NCBI GenBank assembly: GCA_963762255.1
Contig: CAVXKA010000002.1
Location: forward strand, 643,371-707,370
DNA: 64,000 nucleotides
Direction: 5' to 3'
DNA from: Candidatus Eiseniibacteriota bacterium
Lineage (GTDB): Bacteria; Eisenbacteria; RBG-16-71-46; JABDJR01
Positions 1 to 7,776 of the stretch are shown here, piece after piece (positions within the stretch are counted from its first letter, which is position 1; every line of letters begins with the position of its first letter). The notes under the pieces are model-generated. The model ran no database searches and was not told where the DNA came from. It saw only the letters and a list, made by a program, of their open reading frames with translations. A program made the translations under genes and the position numbers.

Positions 1-2091
1 AAGGTGCGCCACGTTGGAGACCGCGTGGCGGCGGTCGTGGCCGAGACGCCGGAGATCGCCGAGGAGGCGCTGCGGCGTATCAAGGTCGAGTATGAGGTGC
101 TCAAGCCCGTGCTCTCGATCGACGAAGCCGCCGCGCCGGGCGCGCCGCTCATACACAACAGCGTGCTCGAGTACGTGACGGGCGAGCCGGCCGGTCTCGA
201 CAACAGCAAGGCCGACCCGCGCGACGGGCGAATCATCTACCAGTTCCCGATTCACGCCGACCCCCGCCACAACATCGCGGCCAGCGTATCGGGCGGGATC
301 GGGGACGTCGCCCGCGGGTTGTCCGAGGCCGAGGTCGTGCTGGAGCGCGAGTATGAGACCTCGCAGGTCCAGTGCACTCCCCTCGAACCGCACGTCGTCT
401 ACACGCGGATGGACGGCGACCGACTCGTGATCCACGCTTCGACACAGGTCCCGTGGCACCTCCGTCGAATCGTCTCGCGGATCCTCAAGATCAGCGAGAA
501 TCAGGTCCGCGTGATCAAGGAACGCGTGGGCGGCGGTTTCGGCGCGAAGCAGGACATCGTCCTGGAGGAGCTGGCGGCCTACGCAACCTGGGTGACCGGA
601 CGGTCCGTCCTCTACCGCCTCACGCGCGAAGAGGAGTTCATCGCCTCGCGCACCCGCCACCCGATGAAGATCAAGGTCACTCTGGGCGCCAAGCGGGACG
701 GCAAGCTGACCGCGATCGAGATGGAGGTCCGGGCCAACACCGGTCCTTACGGGGCGCACGCCCTGACCGTGCCGATGAACGCGTGCTCGAAGAGCCTGCC
801 GCTTCTCCTCTGCGAGAACGTGCACTTCAACGTGACGACCTACTACTCGAACATCCCGCCGTGCGGGGCTTACCAGGGCTACGGCGCGCCGCAGGGATCG
901 TACGCGCTGCAACTGGCCTGCGCGGAGCTGGCCTCCGAGCTGGGCATGGATCACCTGGCGTTCATCGAGAAGAACCGCGTGCGCGAGGGGATGACCCTCG
1001 AGATCCTGCGTTGCCTGGGCGAGGGTCGCGAGGGCACCCCGCAGGCAGTCTCGAGCTGCGGCCTCGGGCCGGCGATCGAGCAGGGATCGGCGATGATCGA
1101 GTGGGGCAAGAAGGTGGAGACCACCGATCCGCACGTGCGAATCGGTAAGGGGCTGGCGATCATTCAACAGGCCTCGGGGCTCCCCGGAATCGACTCCGCC
1201 AACGCCACGGTGAACCTGCTCGGCGACGGCACCTTCATGCTGCTGAGCGGCGGCACGGACCTGGGCACCGGGCTGGACACGCTCATCGTCAAACTGGTGG
1301 CCGAGTGCCTTTGCACCGGAATGCAGGACGTCTCGCTGATCGTAGCCGACACCGACGTGACGCCTTACGACGATGGCGCCTATGCCTCGAGCGGCACGTT
1401 CTTCTCCGGCAACGCGGCTCTCAACGCCGCTCAAGGGATGAAGCAGCGGATCCTGGAGACGGCGGCCAAGATGCTGGGCGAACCGGAAGAGGATCTGTCG
1501 CTCGTCTTCCCGTCCACGGTTCAGGGGCGCAAGGGTTCGGTGACCTACGCCGAGGTGTCGCGCTTCACGGTGTCGGGCACCGGCAGCGGCCAACTCACGA
1601 GTTCCGCGTGCTTCACAACGGACAAGGCCGCGTTCCCCTACGGAGCGCACTTCTGCCAGGTCGCGGTTCACATGCTCACCGGCGAGATCACGGTCCAGAA
1701 GTACTACGCGCTCCAGGACTGCGGAACGCCCATCAACCCCAAGCTGGCGCTTGGACAGATGTACGGCGGCGTGCTCAAGACGATCGGCCATTCCCTCTTC
1801 GAGGAGATGATCCTGGATGCGAAGGGGCGCTGCCTCAACGCGAACCTGCGCGACTACAACGTGCCGATGATCAATGACGTACCGGAGGACTTCCAGGTGG
1901 TGCTGATCGAGACCACCGATCCCTTCGGCCCGTTCGGCGGGAAGTCGGTGTCGGAGATCACCTGTAACGGCGCGGCGCCCTCGATCGCGGCGGCCATCCA
2001 CGACGCCACCGGGGTATGGATACGGAGTTGGCCGTTCAGCGCGGAAAAGATCCTGGACGGATTGAGGCGCATGCGGGAGTCCTCCCGGTGA
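1..2091 (+). CDS. Xanthine dehydrogenase / aldehyde oxidase family molybdopterin-binding subunit (5-prime partial, runs off window start)
   Basis: 695-aa ORF with clear similarity to molybdopterin-binding large subunits of the XDH/CoxL family (start motif RHVGDRVAAVVAET...EEA, long conserved body). The window begins inside the gene. The stop TGA (2089-2091) overlaps the next start ATG (2091-2093). Confidence 0.85.
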   Translation, partial: KVRHVGDRVAAVVAETPEIAEEALRRIKVEYEVLKPVLSIDEAAAPGAPLIHNSVLEYVTGEPAGLDNSKADPRDGRIIYQFPIHADPRHNIAASVSGGIGDVARGLSEAEVVLEREYETSQVQCTPLEPHVVYTRMDGDRLVIHASTQVPWHLRRIVSRILKISENQVRVIKERVGGGFGAKQDIVLEELAAYATWVTGRSVLYRLTREEEFIASRTRHPMKIKVTLGAKRDGKLTAIEMEVRANTGPYGAHALTVPMNACSKSLPLLLCENVHFNVTTYYSNIPPCGAYQGYGAPQGSYALQLACAELASELGMDHLAFIEKNRVREGMTLEILRCLGEGREGTPQAVSSCGLGPAIEQGSAMIEWGKKVETTDPHVRIGKGLAIIQQASGLPGIDSANATVNLLGDGTFMLLSGGTDLGTGLDTLIVKLVAECLCTGMQDVSLIVADTDVTPYDDGAYASSGTFFSGNAALNAAQGMKQRILETAAKMLGEPEEDLSLVFPSTVQGRKGSVTYAEVSRFTVSGTGSGQLTSSACFTTDKAAFPYGAHFCQVAVHMLTGEITVQKYYALQDCGTPINPKLALGQMYGGVLKTIGHSLFEEMILDAKGRCLNANLRDYNVPMINDVPEDFQVVLIETTDPFGPFGGKSVSEITCNGAAPSIAAAIHDATGVWIRSWPFSAEKILDGLRRMRESSR

Positions 2092-3569
2092 TGAGTCCCC
2101 CGCGATTCGTCCTCTGCCGCGCGGATTTCCTGTTGCCGCTGGCGGCGCCGGATCGCACCGAGCGCATCGCCGACGGCTACGTCTTGAGCGAAGGCGAGAC
2201 GCTGCGCGAGGTCGGCCGCTACACGCCCGAAATCGGTCGTCGCATCCGCGCGGCGTGCGGATCTGAACTGCTCATCCTGGGCGACGCCGCACCGGGCGAC
2301 GACGTGCCGAGGATCAACGGCGTCCTCATGCCGTCGTTCGTCAAGGCGCACGGGCACGATCACGAACAACCGCTCATCGGCATCGCCAAGGACGAGCCGC
2401 TGACCGACTGGCTCGACCACGCGGTCAATCCCTTCACCGCGTTCATGAACACCCAGCACGAGCGCCTGTGCCGCGAGTTGGGCGACTCGCCGCACCTCAT
2501 CACCTACCGGCTGGCGCGGCTCTGCGACATCCACTACGGCATCACGACGAGCCTGGTCCACCACTGCAACTTCAACAAGCACCATGTCCGCGAGGTCGCG
2601 CAGGCCAACGAAGCCGCCGGCACGACCATGATCGTGGGGATCGGGAGCCAGGACCGCAACTACGTGGCCGAAGCGCTGGATCGGCCGGCGGAGGCGATCG
2701 AGCGCCTCGACGCCGCGCTCACGATCCCCGGTCTGACGCGCACCACCTTCTGCCCCGGGCCGGATCAGTTCTTCTCCAACGGTCGCGAGATGCTCGTTCC
2801 GCTCAAGGCGTGGGCGCGCGCTCACGGGACGCTCTTTCATATTCACAGCGCGGAGGAGCCGCTTACGACGCGCTGGTTCAGCGCGGAGGTCGAGCCGGGG
2901 CTGACCGAGGTCGAGTTCGCCGAATCGCTCGGGATCCTCGACGCCGATACGATGCTCGCGCACCAGGTGAACTGCGGGCCGCGAGACATCGAGATCCTGG
3001 CACGCACCGGCACCAGGATCGTGCACAACCCGCTGGCGAACACGATCCTCGGCTCGGGCATGCCACCGGTGATCGAAATGATGGCCGCCGGGGTCCTGGT
3101 GGCGATTTCGACGGACGGTTCAGGATCCGCGGACAACCAGAACATCCTCGCCGCCGCGCGACTCGCCGCGCAGTATCAGAAGGCGCTCCACCAGGACGCT
3201 ACGCTCCTCAAGTCCCAGCAGCTCCTGGAGATGATCACGAGTGTCCCCGCGAAGATACTGAGGCAGAATCAGGGCGAACTCGCTCCAGGCCGTCAGGCGG
3301 ACTGGATCGTGATCGGGCTCGATCGTCCCAACCTCACCCCCACCCGTCTCGACAACGTCGTCGAGAATCTGATCTGGGCGGCCGACGGGAGCGAGGTGGA
3401 CACGGTTGTGGCGCGCGGGCGGGTACTCAAGAGGGACGGTCGGATTCAGTCGTTTGCCGACGGGTCCGATCCCACCGGGATCCGTTCAGCGGCGCAGCGG
3501 CTTTCCGAACTCTACGCCGAGCACCGGCGCACCTCCCCGGAGCTGAGAGGCACGGGAGCCCACCGCTAG
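2091..3569 (+). CDS. ssnA: Amidohydrolase, SsnA-like (chlorohydrolase/aminohydrolase family) of selenium-dependent molybdenum hydroxylase clusters
   Basis: Amidohydrolase metal-binding signature (FVKAHGHDHEQ, HxH), about 490 aa, start overlapping the upstream stop. Followed by MocA, YqeB and YqeC, the typical SDMH cluster context. The listed ORF start at 2016 is probably an over-extension; ATG at 2091 is the preferred start. Confidence 0.75.
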   Translation: MSPPRFVLCRADFLLPLAAPDRTERIADGYVLSEGETLREVGRYTPEIGRRIRAACGSELLILGDAAPGDDVPRINGVLMPSFVKAHGHDHEQPLIGIAKDEPLTDWLDHAVNPFTAFMNTQHERLCRELGDSPHLITYRLARLCDIHYGITTSLVHHCNFNKHHVREVAQANEAAGTTMIVGIGSQDRNYVAEALDRPAEAIERLDAALTIPGLTRTTFCPGPDQFFSNGREMLVPLKAWARAHGTLFHIHSAEEPLTTRWFSAEVEPGLTEVEFAESLGILDADTMLAHQVNCGPRDIEILARTGTRIVHNPLANTILGSGMPPVIEMMAAGVLVAISTDGSGSADNQNILAAARLAAQYQKALHQDATLLKSQQLLEMITSVPAKILRQNQGELAPGRQADWIVIGLDRPNLTPTRLDNVVENLIWAADGSEVDTVVARGRVLKRDGRIQSFADGSDPTGIRSAAQRLSELYAEHRRTSPELRGTGAHR

Positions 3570-3573
3570 TCGG

Positions 3574-4146
3574 ATGAGCGTTACTGCAATCCTCCTGGCC
3601 GCCGGTTCCGCTCGTCGGTTCGGGAGCGAGAAGCTGCTTGCGCCCTATCGCGGACGACCGCTCTACGAGCATGCGCTCGAGGCGCTCAAGTCCTCGCCTG
3701 GCGTGGGCGAGATTCTGGTGGTCGTTCAGCTGGAGTTTCCGCTGCCACCCGAGCAGCCGCGCGTGAGATTCATCACCAACCCGGACCACAAAGAAGGCAT
3801 GGCGTCTTCGCTGCGTACCGGCGTGCGGGCGGCGTCGGCGGGTACGGCGGCGTATCTCATCGCGCTGGCGGACATGCCGGGGGTCAGCGCGAATCTCATC
3901 GCCGCGCTCTTCGAGTTCCGTCGCGCGACCGGCGCACGGATTGTTGTACCGCGATACGAGGGCCGCCGAGGCCATCCGGTGCTCATAGACGCCGACTTGC
4001 GCGATGCGCTGCTCGCGCTTTCCGGCGATGTCGGCGCGCGTGAGATCATCGCCGCCCACCCGGAATGGGTCGGCAACTTCGAGACAAGCGACGCAGGCGT
4101 CGTCTTCGATGTGGATGATCCCAATGACCTCGCGTCCGATGGCTGA
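3574..4146 (+). CDS. mocA: Molybdenum cofactor cytidylyltransferase, MocA/MobA-like nucleotidyltransferase
   Basis: 190 aa, N-terminal LLAAGSARRFG motif typical of MobA/MocA nucleotidyltransferases. Located in the molybdoenzyme cluster. Confidence 0.8.
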   Translation: MSVTAILLAAGSARRFGSEKLLAPYRGRPLYEHALEALKSSPGVGEILVVVQLEFPLPPEQPRVRFITNPDHKEGMASSLRTGVRAASAGTAAYLIALADMPGVSANLIAALFEFRRATGARIVVPRYEGRRGHPVLIDADLRDALLALSGDVGAREIIAAHPEWVGNFETSDAGVVFDVDDPNDLASDG

Positions 4147-4969
4147 GGGGGGTACCGTGCGGGAACGGATCGTGATCAAGGGAGCGGGAGAGCAGGCGTC
4201 TGCCACCGCCCACCGACTCTTCCGGTGCGGATACCGGGTTGTGATGACGGACCTAGATCAACCGACCGCGGTCCGCCGCACCGTGTCGTTCTGCTCCGCC
4301 ATCTACGAAGGCGAGATCGAGATCGAAGGGGTGCGCGGGGTGCGGCATCGTCTCGAAGACATCAACGCACTGTCGGACGCGGCATGGACTCACATCCCGG
4401 TGTTCGTCGATCCGGAGAGCACGCTCGTGCGGCGATGGCGACCCGAGGTGATCGTGGACGCGAGGCTCCTCAAACGGAACTTAGACAACCACCGTGATGA
4501 CGCGCCCCTCGTGATCGGCCTCGGGCCCGGGTTGGAAGCGGGGCGGGATGTGCACTTCGCGGTCGAGACGATGCGGGGGCATGATCTGGGCCGAATCATC
4601 GCGAGCGGGTTCACTTCGAACGACACGGGCGAGCCCGGCGAGATCGGCGGGTATGGCCGCGAGCGCGTGCTGCGGGCTCCGGTTCAGGGGCTTTTCGCGA
4701 GCCCGCACGTGATCGGAGACCACATCGCGGCCGGGGAGGTCGCAGGAACCGTCGCCGGCGCGGAAGTTCGCGCCGAGATCCCAGGTGTGATCCGCGGCCT
4801 CCTCCGGCCCGGACTCAAAGTGGAAGCGGGCACGAAGCTGGCCGATGTTGATCCGCGCGATGATCCCACCCTCTGCTACAGGATCTCCGACAAGGCACGC
4901 GCCACCAGCGGCAGCGTTCTCGAAATCGTGGTGGCTCATGCCGGCCGGAAATCGCACTCCGATTCTTGA
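4139..4969 (+). CDS. yqeB: Selenium-dependent molybdenum hydroxylase system protein, YqeB family (XdhC/CoxI-like Rossmann accessory protein)
   Basis: The listed ORF starts at 4004, but an in-frame ATG at 4139 (MAEGGTVRERIVIKGAGEQASATAHRLFRCGYRVVMTD, Rossmann GxGxxA) overlaps the mocA stop by 8 nt. Size and motif fit the YqeB/XdhC-type family. Confidence 0.65.
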   Translation: MAEGGTVRERIVIKGAGEQASATAHRLFRCGYRVVMTDLDQPTAVRRTVSFCSAIYEGEIEIEGVRGVRHRLEDINALSDAAWTHIPVFVDPESTLVRRWRPEVIVDARLLKRNLDNHRDDAPLVIGLGPGLEAGRDVHFAVETMRGHDLGRIIASGFTSNDTGEPGEIGGYGRERVLRAPVQGLFASPHVIGDHIAAGEVAGTVAGAEVRAEIPGVIRGLLRPGLKVEAGTKLADVDPRDDPTLCYRISDKARATSGSVLEIVVAHAGRKSHSDS

Positions 4970-5720
4970 GGCCTTCTCCGCAAACGAGTTCCGCTACGTC
5001 CACCTGATCGGGGGCGGCGGCAAGACCAGGCTCATGTTCGCGCTGGCACACGCGCTTGCGGACACAGGGGCTACCGTCCTCACCGCCACGACAACGAAGA
5101 TCTACGAGCCCGAGACGGAGGAATCGGATTGCGTCGTCTTCGAGTCCGATCGTGCGCGTCTCGTGAACCGCCTGCGCGCCGAGTTCGCCGTGCGCCGCCA
5201 CGTCACCGCGGTCGCGGGGCCGGACGCGACAGGGCGGAAACTCGAGGGGCTGGACGTCGCCGTGCTCGACGCCGTCGTGGACTCGCGCGTGGCCGATCAC
5301 GTGTTGGTGGAGGCCGACGGCGCGGCGGGGCGATCGCTCAAGGCGCATGCCGATCACGAGCCTGTCATCTCCGCACGCGCCGATCTCGTGATCGCCGTCA
5401 TCGGCGTGGACTGCCTCGGCTCGCCCATGGATGATGAGTACATCCATCGCGCTGCGCTCTTCCGCGAGCGGCTGGGCCGCCCGGCGGAGGCGATTGTCAC
5501 ACCCGAGGACGTGGCCGCCATCCTGCTCCATCGCCTTGGTTACCTGGCCCGCGTGAGTTCGAACACCCGCGTATTCGTCTTCATCAACAAGGCGGGGACG
5601 GCGCAGGCGCGCGAGCAGGCGCGGCAGATCAGCGCGCAATTGAAGCGGGACGATCGCGAGGGCCGCGTGAGCCGCATCGTCATCGGCGACGTGAGGGAGC
5701 GCGTGTTCGAGGAGACCTGA
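4938..5720 (+). CDS. yqeC: Selenium-dependent molybdenum hydroxylase system protein, YqeC family (P-loop-like GGGGKT)
   Basis: In-frame ATG at 4938 (MPAGNRTPILEAFSANEFRYVHLIGGGGKTRLMFALA) overlaps the yqeB end by 32 nt. The GGGGKT motif, about 260 aa length and co-location with yqeB/ssnA/XDH fit the YqeC family. Confidence 0.65.
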   Translation: MPAGNRTPILEAFSANEFRYVHLIGGGGKTRLMFALAHALADTGATVLTATTTKIYEPETEESDCVVFESDRARLVNRLRAEFAVRRHVTAVAGPDATGRKLEGLDVAVLDAVVDSRVADHVLVEADGAAGRSLKAHADHEPVISARADLVIAVIGVDCLGSPMDDEYIHRAALFRERLGRPAEAIVTPEDVAAILLHRLGYLARVSSNTRVFVFINKAGTAQAREQARQISAQLKRDDREGRVSRIVIGDVRERVFEET

Positions 5721-5765
5721 CCACCAGAACGGCCGACCGATTCCCGAAAGCTCTCTCCGGAAGAT

Positions 5766-6695
5766 CTACTCCTCGGACAGCACGCGAACCGAGTCCCCCT
5801 CGATCTGCAGAACCTGGAGCGCGCCACCGTAGGCGGCCGACATCCCCACGTCGATACACCACACCTTGCCGTCGCAGTAGCTCGTGATGCCTTCCTCCTG
5901 AATCGAATGGCCGACGACCATCCGCTTGGCCGAGAGCCGGGAGAGCACGGTGCTCAGCGTGTCGCACGCTCCTTCACTCACATCTACCGAGTAGAGGCGT
6001 GTCCAGGTGGGACTGCAACATCCCTTGTGGGCCCACTCCGGATTGGGGCCCTCCCCGAGCATCCAGGCGCGGATCTCGGCGTTCACCGCATCCAACCCCT
6101 TGTCGACATGCTCCGGCAAGACACCTCCATGGACGAAGACGTTGTCGCCGACCACGGTCACGGTGTTCCGCTCCGCGAGCACGCGGGCATAGGGCCCCCC
6201 GGGGCGAAACGCGGCGGCGCGGGGCCGCTGCGATTCGTCAAAGCGGAGCAGCACCGAATCTGCCTGCCCCACGGTCACCGCATCCCGGAAGTCCTCGAAG
6301 CCACCCGGCGTCGCGTAGCGCAGATCCAGGGCCACATTCATGAGCTCGTGGTTGCCGTTGAGAACGTGCACCGCTCCTCCGGCGGCGGCCGCCTCGCCGG
6401 CCAACCGGGTGAAGAGGTCGAGGATGGCTTGCTCATCGTCGCCGCGATCGAGCTGGTCCCCGGTCTGGACGACGACCAGATCGCCCCCGATCCACCGGTC
6501 CGTTTCATCGATGGCGCCCGCGAGTCGCAGCGCGCGCCGACACGCGTCGAGGTCACCGTGGAGATCGCCGATGGCGACGATCCGGGGCACTGCCGGGTAA
6601 CGCGTGGGAATCGCGTCGCCGGCGATCGCCGGAAGCGCGGTGATCGACCCTTCGATCAGCAAGACAAGTAGCGACACCAGCCATTTCACCCGCAC
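5766..6695 (-). CDS. Secreted calcineurin-like metallophosphoesterase
   Basis: Signal peptide plus GDLHGD...GDxxDRG...GNHE metallophosphoesterase motifs. Confidence 0.8.
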   Translation of the reverse strand: MRVKWLVSLLVLLIEGSITALPAIAGDAIPTRYPAVPRIVAIGDLHGDLDACRRALRLAGAIDETDRWIGGDLVVVQTGDQLDRGDDEQAILDLFTRLAGEAAAAGGAVHVLNGNHELMNVALDLRYATPGGFEDFRDAVTVGQADSVLLRFDESQRPRAAAFRPGGPYARVLAERNTVTVVGDNVFVHGGVLPEHVDKGLDAVNAEIRAWMLGEGPNPEWAHKGCCSPTWTRLYSVDVSEGACDTLSTVLSRLSAKRMVVGHSIQEEGITSYCDGKVWCIDVGMSAAYGGALQVLQIEGDSVRVLSEE

Positions 6696-6955
6696 CGTGC
6701 CCCCTAACTAAGAACTCATGAAAAGGTCTCCGCGCAGTTACCGCCGCCAATATAGCTGCAGGCAGGGCGCCCACCTCGCAGTAGCCCAGTGGGTCCGCAG
6801 AAGAGCATCATGATATGGTGCGGGCTCGTAGCCGACCCGTCTATGGAGGAATCCCATGCAAGAACTGGACATCCCTTCAGCTTCATACACCCGGCCACGC
6901 TGAGCGGGGCGTTGCGCCGACGCCGGCATCGAGATCCCCTATCCGTACCAGAACG

Positions 6956-7735
6956 TTATCGTGACGAGCCGGGCATGAGGGCGGCGGGATCCTGTTCATA
7001 GAACCGAGTCAGCTCGGCATACAGCTCCGGGTGCTCCCGCCGCATGGCGACCGGCCGCTCGAAGAACGCTTCCGTCACCACCGCGAAGAACTCGGCGGGG
7101 TTGGTAGCGCCATAGGCATCGATCACGGATTGGTGGCCCTGATGCAGTTCGGCGATCAGGCCTTCGTACTCCCCGCTCAGGACACGCGCCCATTCTCGGT
7201 AACGGGCCGGCGGCCCGAGCGCCGGCGCGCCTTCCATCGCGCCGGACTCACTGTCGATCTGATGGGCGAACTCGTGAAAGACGACGTTGTGCCCGTCCGC
7301 GGGATCGACCGCGCCGCTGAGCACGTCCGACCACGACAAGACCAACGCGCCTCGCTGCCAGGACTCACCGAGTCGCGCCTGCGGTCCTTCCTCGATGACG
7401 CCGCCCGGCTGAACGCGTTTCGACCGGGCTATGTAAGCGTGCGGATAAACCAAGATCGACGTGAGCGTCGGATAGAAGTCGGTCCTGCGATGAAGGAGCA
7501 GCACCGCCGCCTGCGCGGCGATAGTCACACGGATTTCGTCGGTGATCTCCAACCCCGCGCACCCTTCGAATCGCTTCTCGTCCAAGAGCACCTGAGCGAC
7601 TCCCGCAAGCTCTTTGCGGTCGGCACTGCCAAGCGACCGAACATAGGGCACGTTGCGGTCAATGATCCGCCACCATGCTTCGGGGAGCGGGCGATCACGG
7701 AGTTGGCGACGTCTTCGCGCACGAATTCCAAACAC
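6956..7735 (-). CDS. mtfA: MtfA-like zinc-dependent peptidase (M90 / Mlc titration factor A family)
   Basis: HEFAHQ zincin motif in a roughly 260-aa protein with overall similarity to the MtfA/DUF980 family. Confidence 0.7.
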   Translation of the reverse strand: MFGIRARRRRQLRDRPLPEAWWRIIDRNVPYVRSLGSADRKELAGVAQVLLDEKRFEGCAGLEITDEIRVTIAAQAAVLLLHRRTDFYPTLTSILVYPHAYIARSKRVQPGGVIEEGPQARLGESWQRGALVLSWSDVLSGAVDPADGHNVVFHEFAHQIDSESGAMEGAPALGPPARYREWARVLSGEYEGLIAELHQGHQSVIDAYGATNPAEFFAVVTEAFFERPVAMRREHPELYAELTRFYEQDPAALMPGSSR

Positions 7736-7776
7736 GGGTACACCCTTGCGTGAACGGGGTCACTCCCCCGCTGTTC

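Noticed and set aside
372-1148. 258-aa and other out-of-frame ORFs inside the XDH subunit gene
   Set aside because: Overlapping alternative frames with Arg/Pro-rich composition and no family resemblance. The XDH frame is clearly the coding one.
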